A stretch of DNA of 64,000 bases from Chrysomallon squamiferum (GCA_012295275.1 CM022671.1:17856001-17920000); one strand, 5' to 3'; shown: positions 12,585 through 26,557, numbered from the stretch's first letter. Numbers and translations are program-made. The notes: generated by a model from the sequence alone, not told the origin.

Positions 12585-13111
12585 TCTTGAACTGTATTTC
12601 ACGCTGAATCTTTCATATAATAACTTTTAATTTTAATTTCACCTATTCAGCTTTATGAATGTTACCGCGAAGTCGATACCTTGTAATTCCTTCAATAAAA
12701 TGACGTGTAATTGCAATTTCACCTAATTAACATTATAAATATTTCCATTTCACACTTCATTCACCGCCTCGGACCGCTTATCCGAAGAATTATATCAGCG
12801 TAAAGGTCGTTAAATGTACCCTGCTTGTATATTTACACATAAATTACGAGAAACCGTAAAACAAATGTCACGTAGGTTTAACAAGAGCAATTGTCTAGAG
12901 TGTAAATTACAGTAAACGGTGTTTCCTGATAATATGGAACCATTTCACATGAGAAATTATATTTCTGTGGTCGTATCATTTACAAAGTTCAATAAGTAGA
13001 GCGTGACTATACTGGGTTTTTTCCTGTGGGTTTTTTCCTGTGTGTAGATTTTGAATAATAAAATGGAGCATTGCAGATATTTCTACCTCCTGCTACCCAC
13101 TCTTCCTTGAC

Positions 13112-13199
<88 letters not shown>

Positions 13200-13491
13200 T
13201 TTCTTCTTCTTCTAGTCATACTGTTTACGTTTTTGTCCAAACAGTTGTATACAATGCAATTATATTTAAAAACATATTTAAATAAATAATTTGCTAAATG
13301 TCATTGACAAATCACCACTTAGTTTTATTAGAATAATTATGCTGTTTAGAAACCACTAAAATAATCATTAATTAGGAGAGAATGTAATCATTTTGTTAAA
13401 AATCATTTCTCTGTGACATATAAATAAAAGTCAGTCCAAAGCACCAGTTTATATATGTATGTATATGTTGTGTGTTTGAGTATAATTAGTT

Positions 13492-13539
<48 letters not shown>

Positions 13540-13853
13540 AAAATTATAAAATATCACAGCGGCTATAAGTTAAAAAAAAAAAAAAAAAAAAAATGAAAAG
13601 ATGTCAGAAAATGAATGCCATTCTTTGTCAGTTAAAAATGATCGTAGAAGCTTTAAAACAACCCACTCTTCAAAACTAATTTATAACAATGTATCCGTTA
13701 TTCGTGCTGTTGGAGTGGATTACATTTCCTTAAATAAGATAACCCCCAAAATAAGAAATAATACCAACAAAAAAAAAAAAAAAAAAAAATTAAAAAAAGA
13801 AAAACAAGAAAAAAAGGAAATAAGAAAAAAGCAGCAATAAAACAAAATAAATT

Positions 13854-14036
13854 TAGGGGTCTCCAAACGTTTTTCTACATCGACTGCTTCATGTAATCCT
13901 CGATCTTTATCGACCCTTCTAATTATTCTTTTATAACTCCAGACGTTCAACACGTAAATCGACTTCTATAGATATCTGGCCCTAAGAAATGACTCATCGA
14001 TCCGAAAATGTCGATATCGACCACCTGAGGTCCCTA
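13854..14036. mobile_element. Possible hAT-type MITE
   Basis: Starts TAGGGGTCTCCAAAC, ends GAGGTCCCTA; many internal ATCGAC/TCGAT subterminal motifs; target-site duplication not clear. Confidence 0.35.
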
Positions 14037-14544
14037 TTTTAAAAATACAAAGCAAATTATCAGTTCAGTTCGCGGGAATATTTAACTTACTTTTAATTTC
14101 TGAATTTAAACATATTTTTATTTCCGTTATTTTTATAAATGCCAATAAATCATTACCTTACTGCCATTTTCGCTGGTTCAAATTATTATAATTTTTTTTA
14201 TTTGCAGTTAATTTATAATCGTTCATCGAAAACTCTTCAGGAGATCTCTTAATACTGCGACAAAACACACCAACACGTTCCATTCTCTTTCATCTTTGTC
14301 TAATTTCCTCCTCAAAAAATGCGCACTGCTTAAGAAACTGGTAGCGTGTTTTATCACCGCCGTTTCCAGCTAAATGTTGACATGTGTTTCAAAAGAAAGA
14401 AAATAGAACTGAAGAAAGAAAGAAAGAAAGAAATATAAACTAATATCAGCTGCCAACGAAACAAATCTTCAAGACTTTATTTATTTATTTATTTTTACTT
14501 TCCCTTGCGAAAATTCTGTACAAATAATAATGAAATTATACTTA

Positions 14545-14805
14545 CATACATACATTCATACCTACATACATACATGCATACATAAATATAACAATATACA
14601 TACATACAAACATATGCATATCCACATACAAATACATACATACAAGCATACATAAATATAAAAATATACATACATACAAACATATGCATATCCACATACA
14701 AATACATACATACAAGCATACATAAATATAAAAATATACATACATACAAACATATGCACATCCACATATAAATACATGCATACACACACACACACACACA
14801 CACAC
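14545..14805. repeat. ~62-bp CA/TA-rich higher-order tandem repeat
   Basis: CATAAATATAAAAATATACATACATACAAACATATGCATATCCACATACAAAT repeated about 3.5 times. Confidence 0.85.
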
Positions 14806-15328
14806 ATCCCTACAAACAAAAATTAATTAGAAAGAAGTATTACCATAACAGCAACAATTTAATCTCTGTGCATACTACCAAAGACAAAAAATACTGCAAT
14901 TTATAACACATCCTATTAACAGTGCATTGAATATTTTAACATGAAATGCTTCTAAAAACTTAAGTTCCTCTCGAAGTCAGCTAAATGAAGACGAGAATGA
15001 ACAGAACGGATGAGGAAGAGATGACGCAGTTGAAAATGCTAGTTATCGTGAGGAAAGATTTTGGAGAAAATTACGTTTACCCAGCAGGTAACATTAACAA
15101 TGAAAAAGTTCTCACTGGAACAGTAATCGTGTGGTAATTTGGGAATCAGAGAAAAAAAAAAAGCAAGAAAAAGAAATATAAGAGTAATTAACAAAACCAC
15201 GATTAGAATTAAAAATTAAAAAAAAAAAAAAAATAATAATAAAAAAAAAAAAAAAAAAAAATAAAATGAAAAAGAAAGATATTTAATTTTTTTTTAGATA
15301 TAAAGGCAAAGTCATAAGAAAAAATAGA

Positions 15329-15376
<48 letters not shown>

Positions 15377-15646
15377 TGAGGAAGTAGAAAGAATGGAAGA
15401 GGAAAAAAAAAGATAAGATGGTTACCCTTCTAATTTAAACTTTATTATTAAATATAGATATTTAAAATAATGAATTACAGAATGTATAAAATAATTATGC
15501 AGTAATAAAATATTTTAGTTTATGTTTGTACTTATGTGTGTCTATATGTGTGTATGTGTATATGTATGTATGCGTGTGTATATGTGTGTGTATATGTGTG
15601 TATATAATTATTATATGCATTTCACTGTTTTATATATATATATATA

Positions 15647-15725
<79 letters not shown>

Positions 15726-15729
15726 GAAT

Positions 15730-16350
15730 CCAGTCCAGCACGGATAATGACCTTTAAAACGCACGGAAAGATCCGATGACGACCGAGTCCCGGTGTTCCA
15801 AGTGAACACAGCATTCGGTTTAATCATTTCAACGTGACAAGAGCTTGCTCCGTGCCACCACATTCTGCGATGAGGCGGACGCAGATTTGACGATAAAAAG
15901 AAACTTTAAACCCAGTGAGTTGCGGCCACACGAAAATAATGCTAAGAACTCGCTCGCCATTAACAGTAGATTATGTTTTGACACAGCGGTGTTGGATGTT
16001 TTTTTCGTTTGCGATTCTGAAGGTCTTCATCTTCTGAGAAGACCATCATCGTCAAATTTCTATCAGTCAGCATTCTGAAAGGAGAGAGAGAGAGAGAAAA
16101 AAAACCCAAACAAAAACAAATTCGCAGGAATTTCATTTATGAGCTATGCAATGTGTCAAAGAAAAACAGATGTCTTCTGATGGGATACTTTAATTTGGAA
16201 GCAGTTCTCAGGCGTTTCTGATTTATTGAGCTGTTCTCTGCGACATAATCACATCGAGTCTTTTTATCATATCACTCACTCTCTTTCCGCGCTTTCAATC
16301 GCGCCACTGTTTGTTTGTTTTGTTTTGTTTTTTTTTTTTTTTGCGACGTC
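15730..16350 (+). promoter_or_regulatory. CpG-rich putative promoter/5' UTR of the SLC6 gene
   Basis: Complex CpG-rich sequence immediately upstream of ATG 16351; transcription start not determinable from sequence. Confidence 0.45.
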
Positions 16351-16585
16351 ATGGAAACACCCGGAAAAGAAGCGGTGGAACTAAACGATTTCAAACCGTT
16401 GGCCTCTTCTAATCAGACTGGGGATTTGAACAGTGCTCCCAGAGCTCTCGAGGCGAAGATCCAAGATACCGAGGAACGCGAGTTCTGGACGGGGAAGATT
16501 GAGTTTGTGTTAGCCTGCGTTGGACAATGCATTGGTTTAGGCAATGTCTGGAGGTTTCCTTACCTGTGTTACAGAAATGGAGGAG
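16351..16585 (+). CDS. SLC6A1: SLC6 GAT-1-like transporter exon 1
   Basis: METPGKE...[37 protein letters not shown](G): SLC6 TM1 signature; gtgag donor. Confidence 0.93.
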
Positions 16586-16635
16586 GTGAGTTTTGTTATT
16601 TGAAAAATGTCTTAGATTGCTTATTGCTGAAACAG

Positions 16636-17045
16636 GTTTCTGTAACTATTACTGCTGTTATTTCTGATATTACGACAGTTACTGTTGTTATTTCTGATAT
16701 TACGGCAGTTACTATTGTTATTTCTGATATTACGTCAGTTACTGTTGTTATTTCTGATATTACGACAGTTACTTCTGTTATTTCTGATATTACAACAGTT
16801 ATTTCTGTTATTTCTAATATTACGACAATTACTTCTGTTATTTCTGATATTACGACAGTTATTTCTGTTATTTCTAATATTACGACAATTACTATTCTTA
16901 TTTCTGATATTACGACAGATATAACTGTTATTTCTGATATTATGATTGCTATAAATGTTATCTCTGATATTACCACAACTACTACTGTTATTTCTGATAT
17001 TACGACAGCTGCTACTCTATTTCTGATATTGCGACAACTACTACT
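16636..17045. repeat. 30-bp minisatellite (~13 copies) at the start of SLC6 intron 1
   Basis: Unit ACTGTTGTTATTTCTGATATTACGACAGTT. Confidence 0.95.
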
Positions 17046-17326
17046 CCTATTTTTTGTATCAGTTGTACTTTTTCCATCCGTATATATCTGTTATTATCCC
17101 TACTTTAACTACTGTAAGGTAAAATAAAAACATATAAAGGGAACTATTTGTACTAATATGTCTACTGTAACAACTAATACTATTGTTATGCTGATCTGCC
17201 GCTACCACTATTGCAAAAATATAATTGCTGGTATCATTTCTAGATTCTACAACAACAGCAGTAACAGCATTTTAATAATTTTACTAATATTAATAACAAC
17301 AAATGCCACTACTACTGTTAAAACAC

Positions 17327-17369
<43 letters not shown>

Positions 17370-17544
17370 ATATATATATATATATTTTATTTTATCTGCA
17401 CTAGAGTATTGTTCCTCCTGATAGAACAATAGGCATAGTGTATTTCTTTTCCACGAATTCAGAATGCCAATACAAATAATGAACAAATGACATTTTTTTA
17501 ATTGTAATCTTTGTTTGTTTGTTTGTTTGTTTATTTTAATTATT

Positions 17545-17579
<35 letters not shown>

Positions 17580-18304
17580 TTTCATTTCATTTAAAGTTTA
17601 TTAAATCTGGTTTAATAAAGATAATTTTTGCTTATTTCTAGCAAGTGATATATTATACGTTATTTTTTCTAGTCATGACATTCACTGACTTTAATAAACC
17701 TGCAGAGCAATGGGTTTAACGGGATTTGAAATATTCAGTTACTTCTGTCATACTACCATTCTAATAACTGGGATAATTAGAATTAATTTGCTTATAATTA
17801 TTAAACAGCTTAAATTAAATTAGCTTTATATATGTACACATACCATGAATATATATTATGCATATTATCCACATCACAGTCATTTACTCTGATATATGTA
17901 CATAGACATACACAAACACATAGCCCAGACACATCACACATAATATGGTAATATATGTTCACCGCATATAGGCTTTCACATAATACACATATTTACACAT
18001 TAACACTCCAGCATAATTATGCACTCACATACATGCACTCACGCACACACACAGACACAGTAACACACATTCTACAATAATTATATTTGATATTTAAAGC
18101 CATTTCAAAGTTACACTGATAAAGCAGCTGATAGAGTTTCTCGTTTTGGTTCTGTCTAATCATGTTAAGCATGTTACCCTTTCATGGAAAACAATTAGTG
18201 TTAAGAAAAGAATTTGCTTACAACAATCGACTGTCGACTAACTTTATTGTTTAATTTGATTTCTTTGTCGCAGTAAGTCGCTGTTTCTTGGTGCTTGTGT
18301 TATT

Positions 18305-18392
<88 letters not shown>

Positions 18393-18455
18393 GTCTGTAT
18401 TAGCTGTCTCTTTCTGACTGAAAAATGAACTTTTGTTTTCACTTTTTTTAATTTT

Positions 18456-18530
18456 CGTGGTGGGCTCTCGTTAAAATTTATTAATTCTTTTCGATCTCTG
18501 TATTTCTTTATCCCCTTTGTCTAACTCGCA

Positions 18531-18602
<72 letters not shown>
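18456..18602 (+). repeat. Dispersed repeat copy 1 (SINE-tail-like, ending in (CT)n)
   Basis: Nearly identical to 20996-21170: TCTTTTCGATCTCTGTATTTCTTT..CTTTGTCTAACTCGCATTC(CT)n. Confidence 0.75.
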
Positions 18603-18606
<4 letters not shown>

Positions 18607-18951
18607 AACAAAAAAGATTTAAATTATGCTCTGATTCACAAATATTCAGTAATTTCTTTTCAAATATTAAATTATTTGGAAGTATTATATTTAATCAATC
18701 TTAAATTGTTTAATATATTTTTGAAACGAAACAAAGTAATATTCGTTTTCACAGAAACTTTCTATGTGAACAACTCGAATATGACGTAACTGGTATAACT
18801 GACGTTAGCTTTACGGTATTCACCCGAAATGCATTTGAATCTTACACATTTCTGTGCTAAATTAGTTTCAAACCCATAAGTCCCATTGTCTTGTTTAAGT
18901 TATATCCCTGAGAATCAGCATCACTGTTACTTGTTCTAGAGGCTCGTACAA

Positions 18952-19088
<137 letters not shown>

Positions 19089-19184
19089 ACTTTTTAAAAA
19101 TTACAATAAATAATATAAAAAATTACTACGAAAACGCATTTAAATCAAAAATAAAAGAACGAATATAATTATTTTATCTTATTT

Positions 19185-19216
<32 letters not shown>

Positions 19217-19414
19217 ATAAAGAAGTATAAAAGAAATGTGAATAAAAGGGAAGAAAAGAAAGTAAATATTACAATAAAATTACAAGAAATAATAATAATA
19301 ATAATAATGATGAATGATGATGAGTATGATGATGATGATGATGATAATAATAATAATTATAGAATTAATAGTAATAACTTCTGCTTTAAGAATGTCTTTT
19401 GTCAAAAAACTGAA

Positions 19415-19447
<33 letters not shown>

Positions 19448-20958
19448 GACGACAACGACGACGATGATGAAACCAGAATTGTTTTATAATACATTCATTG
19501 TGTGTGACATTTAGACATGAATGGCAGCGTGTGAACTGAATTCTACATCGAACTACGTCAGTTTTCTCTTTTAAAAGTTAATCATTTAAAGTATGTGGGT
19601 TTTAGCTTTGTTATCTGTATAGCAAAAACTGCGTGTAAAATAACAATATAAAATTAAAATAACAATATTATATAAAAACATTTTACACAAGATGTTGATT
19701 TCAACAACAACTACAACAAAGCAGAAGATGCAGCAGCACTACGACAACAATAACAAGAACATCATCAACAAAAACAGAAGCAGCAATAACAACAACAACA
19801 ACAACAATAATAATAATAATAATAATGATATTCTATGTTTTTGACAAAACACACACTTAAATCAGAAGCTATTACTGTTACTTCCATACTTTTATGCATC
19901 ATATCCTGTCACTCTAGATCGCACTCATCAATACATCTATACATATAAACATACATATACATATACATAGATACATAGATACATAGATGCATACAAATTA
20001 TATATACATACTGTGTGTGTGTGTGTGTACACGTCTGTGTCTGGGTTTTAGTGTTATTCATTCAGTTATGCATGCATGTACATAATACACCATACAAACA
20101 TAATCCATTCAAATAATCACCATGGTGATTTTCATGCAAAAGACATATTGATGAATTACAGAATGCTCAAACACGCCTTTTATGGGCGAACCACATTTAA
20201 CATCGTATGTTCGTCTCGGTATTGAAAATACGTTTTAAAAAACACATAACATTCTCTCAGTTTTTTTTTCAACATTTATGTGATTGACATAACCGGGTCA
20301 GATACTTTCAGTATTGCTATAAAAATGCTGCCGGAAAAATATAAGGTCATTTTAAATAGCTACTTAGGGAAATTGAACTAATTTTCTGAGTGCTTCGCCC
20401 TATTTATAAAGATCCAATATGGCGGACTTCTTTTCCACTTTGCAATTCGTCTTTGTCATGATGGTCGTGCTACTTTTTTCAATGAAGGAATGGTGGGGAA
20501 AAAAATAATTAAACAATACGGAGCTTGTGATTTATTATTTATTTATTTATTTAATTTATATTTTGTATTGTAAATTATCGTGTTATATCGTGCAGTCCAA
20601 TGCTGCCCTGTATTATTAGTTCTATTTCTCATCAAAACCAAAAATAAAAAATAAAAAAATAAAAAAATAAATAAATAAAAAAAGAAAAGGAGAAAAACCC
20701 CGCAAAAAAAAAAGATATTTATCTGTGTATGTGTATGTGCGTGTATGTGCGTATGTATATGTATGAATGAATGAAACAATAAATAAATAAGAAAAGAAAA
20801 AAAGAAAAAAAAGACAATGAATAAATGAATGATTCAATGAATAAATAAATAAAAATAACAAAATTAAAATATCCTGATCGTAATTTATATATATATATAT
20901 ATATATAGATAGATAGATAGATAGATATGTTACTGTGTAATTTAATATAAACAATTTT

Positions 20959-21075
20959 GATACCTCTGTGTGACATCCAACAGCCGATCTCTATTTTCGT
21001 GCTGGGTGTCGTTAAACGTTTATTCAATCTTTTCGATCTCTGTATTTCTTTGAACCCTTTGTCTAACTCGCATTC

Positions 21076-21170
<95 letters not shown>
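20959..21170 (+). repeat. Dispersed repeat copy 2 (SINE-tail-like, ending in (CT)n)
   Basis: GACATCCAACAGCCGAT..TTTTCGTGCTGGGTGTCGTTAAAC followed by the segment shared with 18456-18602. Confidence 0.75.
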
Positions 21171-21174
<4 letters not shown>

Positions 21175-21424
21175 CAATATTTTTAAGTACAAAACACTGT
21201 AATATTGAAGTTTATCGATTTAACTTCGACTTCCGTTTTTTTTTTCTTCTAGCAACTAAAGGTCGTGTACGGTCTAAGAACAAATACGTCGACGAACAGT
21301 TAAACCTTTAGAAAGGTCCTTAAGTATGAAGACTTGCAGATTTCTCTTTAGCAATGATTATTTCCTTCAGAAATCAATCTTACCGCGTTTGTTTTATGAC
21401 AGATTAAAATGAAGAACTATAAAT

Positions 21425-21459
<35 letters not shown>

Positions 21460-23169
21460 TTAAAAGTTTGTCTTATGGAAATTAATACATCGTTACGAGA
21501 CGTGTACTCCTTAAAAGTGTGTCTGTACTATGCGATACGAACAAAGACAATTCCAAGTTTCATTTGTTTAACTTTTACTAATAATAAAGTATGGAGGATA
21601 CACGAAGGCTGCCATCACCACTTATAATTATAACAACAACATAAATAATGATAATAATAATACTAATACTAATACTACTAATAATAATAATAGTTGTAGT
21701 AGTAGTAGTAATAATAATAATGTAATAGTAGTAGTAAAAACAGCAAGAACAACCACATCAGAAATAACGACAAGAACTATTTGAAAGTCTGATGTGTGAC
21801 AAACACGAAACCATTTGCATATCGATAATGAGAAAAGGAAATGTACGAAAACTGCAGCCTCTATTCTTTCTTGATTTGTATTAACATTCTTAATTATAAG
21901 CAAAGATTTGTTTTCAGTAATAAATAAACCACTAACATTGCTTTCATCATCATATATACACTTTAATAAACGTAGACGCTTCTTCATATATTTCATTCTG
22001 TTGAAGTTGGTTTTTTGTTGTTGTTTTTTCTTGAAAACTGTAAAAGACAAGCAGATGATTCTTCTCACCTTCGATACACAAATTGTCGTTGGCATAAAAT
22101 ATAGGAAGGAGTCTCAATCAATAGAGTTCTTGAAATAAAATCTACAGAGCTACAAAAATGAAAGATTTATTTGTAACAAAAAATGAAAATTATAGTAGGT
22201 TTAACAGTGATACAACTAGTGTTGCTGTGTAGTTGTTATAGTAGTAGCAGTGGTGGTTATAATAGTGGTGGTACAGCAGCAGAATAACAGGAGCAATGTT
22301 AATAGTAGTAACAGAAGCAGAGATAACAGCAGTGGTAGTACTTGTAGTAGTAATAGTAGTGTTAGCAGAAGTAGTGATAGTAGTTACAGCTGTAGCAGTA
22401 TTTGTAATAATAATAGTGGTTGTGATAGTTGTAGTGGTAGTAGTAGCAAATGTCGTAGTAGTAGAGCCGAAGCAGAAGGAGCAAAAAAACAACAACAAAC
22501 AAACAAACAAAAAAAGAAGGAAAAAAAAAAGAGAAAAAAAGAATGCTCTCTGAAAAACATCAATAATAAAGAAATTGATAAACTAACGGTTCATATTTTA
22601 CAGTGATTATAATGGTGATGTTAGCTAAACCCCATGTTACTCAGACCTAATTTTCTCCTCATTACTTGGCCTGCGCGAACCTGTTCGGGAGATAAGATGT
22701 CGGTGCATTGTAAGGTACGTCACATCGATAACCTAAGCGACAAAGGAAAGAACTTTAGCTAAGCGGAACAGAATCCATATTGAATCTCCTCGCTAATTTT
22801 TGAATTGGACCAAAGACTCGTGGCAACAGATTATAGCGGACATCAATATCATAAAGGATTTGAAATGTTTGCTGTAATTTGGTGTTCAAACACTGATTGA
22901 AGAGCTCCAGGAAGGGTCGATAACCGACAGCAGATTTCGTCTGGTGCGGGTCTGCTCTGTTTATTGCACTCACAAATCCGTGGTCTCGGATATTGCGACA
23001 TGTTTCAGATGTTTCAAGTTCACAGAGGATTATTAAAGTGCTGACGATCAAATGAAGGTTCCAGTACGAATGTCATGGGCTGTAAATTGATATTAACAGC
23101 TTTGATCAGACGATGTTCAGAAACTGTCTTTGAAATAAATTTAAAAGAAAGTTTCAAACACCAAACAAA

Positions 23170-23212
<43 letters not shown>

Positions 23213-24234
23213 AAGACTAACAAAATCCAACAACAAACAAAACAAACAGAAAATCCCCTAAAAACCAGCAAAAAACAAACAACAACAAACAAACAATCAA
23301 ACAAACTCAAAATAAAGAACAAAAACAAAATGAAAAAAAGAGAAGTTATATCTGTGTATGTATATGAAGAGAGACTTATAAAAATAAAACATTAAAAATT
23401 CATATATTAGCAGTCGTGCGAAATATTTTATATTTTATTATTATTTATATCACGAATAAGAGATACTTTTCTCCAGTAAAGCAAAAATTGATATCGATAA
23501 TCTTTTTTTATTAAACTGAACTTTTAAAGTGCACAGTAATGTAATTAAAATACCATCTCTTGTATTTAAATAAATACATAATATAATATAATAATATAAT
23601 AATTATTGTCTCTACAAGTAATTTACAGTGCCCTCTTTGGAATTAATCGTTTTCTGCAATGCAATGTTACAAATAATTCTTGAATTATCTATGTAAGTGG
23701 TTTGGCCTCCTTGTTTGAGAACAAGTATTTGTTTGTAACAAAATAACCCCAGTGATATATGAAAGCATTCGAAGGTTATCCAAACAACAGTTTATCTGTT
23801 ATTATCCTATAAAGCGTTAAAATGACAGTGAAATATTTTAATATGTTCGTGGCAGTAACAGGAGAGAAAGTCTGGAACTGTGATAGCGAGTAAGACGAAT
23901 CTTGGTCTGAATCAGAGTAATAAGCGCCAAGTTGAAGTGATTATTTTAAATCTTGGCTCGACTTCAGACGAAAAACCATGCAACAGAAAAGTAAAATTAG
24001 AGAGAGGGAGGAAAAAAAAAAAAAAAAAAATTAAGGAACGAAATAAACACCCAAAACACACTCGTCTGACACCGCTGTCATGTTCTGTTATCTGAACTGG
24101 TGTGACACGACACCGAATTCGCTAACTGCAGACGAGGATCACACTTCTTGCCAGAAAATTCAAACATCGTCTGATTGGCTTAGTACCAGCAACGTTAACG
24201 TACAGAACACCGACTTTGAGATAATACTATATTA

Positions 24235-24271
<37 letters not shown>

Positions 24272-24526
24272 GTTGTTGTTGGTGGTGGTGGTGGTGGTGG
24301 TGGTGGTGGTGGTGGTGGTGGTGTTACTAGTAGTAATAGATAGCAGTTTTATACCCTTTGGGTAGAAAAAAAAAGAAAAAGAATGATATCAGTAACTGGT
24401 ATTGAATGCATGACACTGTTCCAGTATCTAATGATTAAACCAGCGAAATTTATAATGCTAATCTTTTTTCTTTCTTTCTTTACTTTTTTTTTTTTTTTCT
24501 TTCTTTTTTTTTTTTTTTTTTTTTTT

Positions 24527-24587
<61 letters not shown>

Positions 24588-25399
24588 TTATTTGTTATTA
24601 TTTTTTTTTATTATTTTTTATTGTTATATCGTTAGAAATTCCAGATTTATATGTAACCGTCACTTTAACAATTTTTTTTAACAAAGACAGAAATGAAGAA
24701 GAAATGATTATGAAGCATATGTTTATCGTATCAAAAGCATTTTTGATCGTTTCTAATTTAATATTTTATTGAAAAAAAAAATTATGTTTTGTGTTTGTTT
24801 GTGTGTGTGTGTGTGTGTGTGTGATTAAAGAAAATGAATAGTGTAAATTAATCAGATTGTATTAACTAGTAGTTGTAGGGCAGGGGGGTACAATATTATT
24901 GCAGCATCAGTAGTAAAGGTAATCGTTGCAGAGGTATCTGTAGTGGTGTTATCACTATTATTAATAGTAGTAGTAGTAGTAGTAGCGGCAACTGCATCAA
25001 CAGCATTTGTAGCAGTAGTAGAAATAGTAGTAGCAGTAAAGTGGTAATAATGTAGCAGCAGTGGTAGTAGTAGTAGTAATACTTCTGGTAATAGCTGTAA
25101 AAATTATAATATTAATATTGACCATTTAGAAAATCATAAATTATTAATCACCTCAAACTGGTGCACCTGTTTAAACTGGGTTGCCGATGCTGAACGACTC
25201 GCTATCAGGCATTGTTTTTAATGACACGAAATGGCTTTTCACATCTCGACTCAGTAGCAGAATTTATAAAACTTACGTTTTGATCGATTTGGCTTCATAA
25301 TTATCAGAATTTATGAAATAAATATGTAAATAACTTATTTCTAGTTCCTTCAGTCAGTTAGAAATAATTTACTTTTATTTTTTACTTTTTTTTTTTCAG

Positions 25400-25531
25400 G
25401 TGCTTTCCTCATTCCCTTTTTCCTGACGGCCGCTGTGGCTGGAATTCCCATGTACTTCATGGAGCTGGCACTGGGGCAGTATTTCAGTGTAGGAGGTCTT
25501 GGTGTCTGGAAGATCGCTCCTATATTTAAAG
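25400..25531 (+). CDS. SLC6A1: SLC6 exon 2 (TM2)
   Basis: [44 protein letters not shown]; canonical ttcag/gtaag sites. Confidence 0.95.
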
Positions 25532-25637
25532 GTAAGTCTCGTTAATATTTGTTCTAAATGTACATCTATGTTTATATAAATCGTTTAATTTTTACGACGC
25601 TAATTAAAAGATAAATGTTCCGTGATTTTTATATATA

Positions 25638-26349
25638 CAGTATACCCTCATCTGTTCGCGGTTCCCCATTCGCGGCCTCGCATATTCGCGGGTTAGGCTC
25701 TTAACCCTATCGCATCGTATGCTGGTATACCAGGCGAGCGTCATAACGTCATAAAAACAAATGCTCGGTAAACCGCACAAACAATATCAAATTTTTTCAA
25801 TTATTATTGCAATACAGTACGTATTTTTTTTATAAATGCATACACTGTATGTACAGTGCATATTTTTTGTGACCGTGTATTAATAATGTTTTTAATTGCA
25901 TATTATTACTGAATTGTATTATTATTACCTGAACTGTGCGTACTGTATTTATCTCTCTGTTTGCCTTTAAATTTGTTCCACTTTCTGTCAATTCTAATAC
26001 ATATGTTGTACGCATAGAAAATGACTTTACGGTACAGTAATACTGTATGGGTAACTATGCTATGCGGTGTTACTGTCCTCCTGTACTTACGTTTCTTTCT
26101 GATTAAAATATTGTTTCAGTACAAAATTAAAATGTGTTTACATTATCATTACTACATTAGTGAAATACATAACTGCATGCAATATTACTACATTATTACT
26201 GTCTAATGAGTAAATCGTGTTTGGGAAGCATTTAGTACCGTATATAATTAAATAGACGTTTTAAAACTGCATCCAATATTCGCGGTTTTTCGCTATTCGC
26301 GGGGGGGGGGGTAAAGAACGTAACCCCCGCGAATAGCGAGGGAATACTG
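25638..26349. mobile_element. Tigger/pogo-like non-autonomous DNA transposon
   Basis: TA flanks; TIRs CAGTATACCCTC..TTCGCGG and CCGCGAATAGCGAGGGAATACTG; three subterminal TTCGCGG motifs at the left end and related motifs at the right end. Confidence 0.85.
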
Positions 26350-26505
26350 TATATGAAATAATCTATTCTCTTTAAGAAGTTACGTAAAATACAAAAAACA
26401 AAATTAAAATAAGTCATCTGCTTTTCTTTAGTCGACATTTTACAAAAAAATGAAATACATTAATAAATAATTGGGTTATAACCAATTTATTTATTTATTT
26501 ATTAA

Positions 26506-26557
<52 letters not shown>

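Noticed and set aside
15731-15750. REST/NRSE-like site upstream of the SLC6 gene (TCCAGCACGGATAA)
   Set aside because: Half-site spacing is wrong and the match to TTCAGCACCACGGACAG is only partial.
16519-16545. Monoamine transporter (DAT/SERT/OAT) identity
   Set aside because: Lacks the TM1 Asp (has GLGN rather than DLAN/DLGN); TM6 and TM8 are GAT-1-type.
22755-23051. 98-aa minus-strand ORF, and a plus-strand WTKDSWQQII fragment resembling a Tc1 transposase
   Set aside because: No recognisable domain, no DDE continuation and no TIRs; the similarity is too short.
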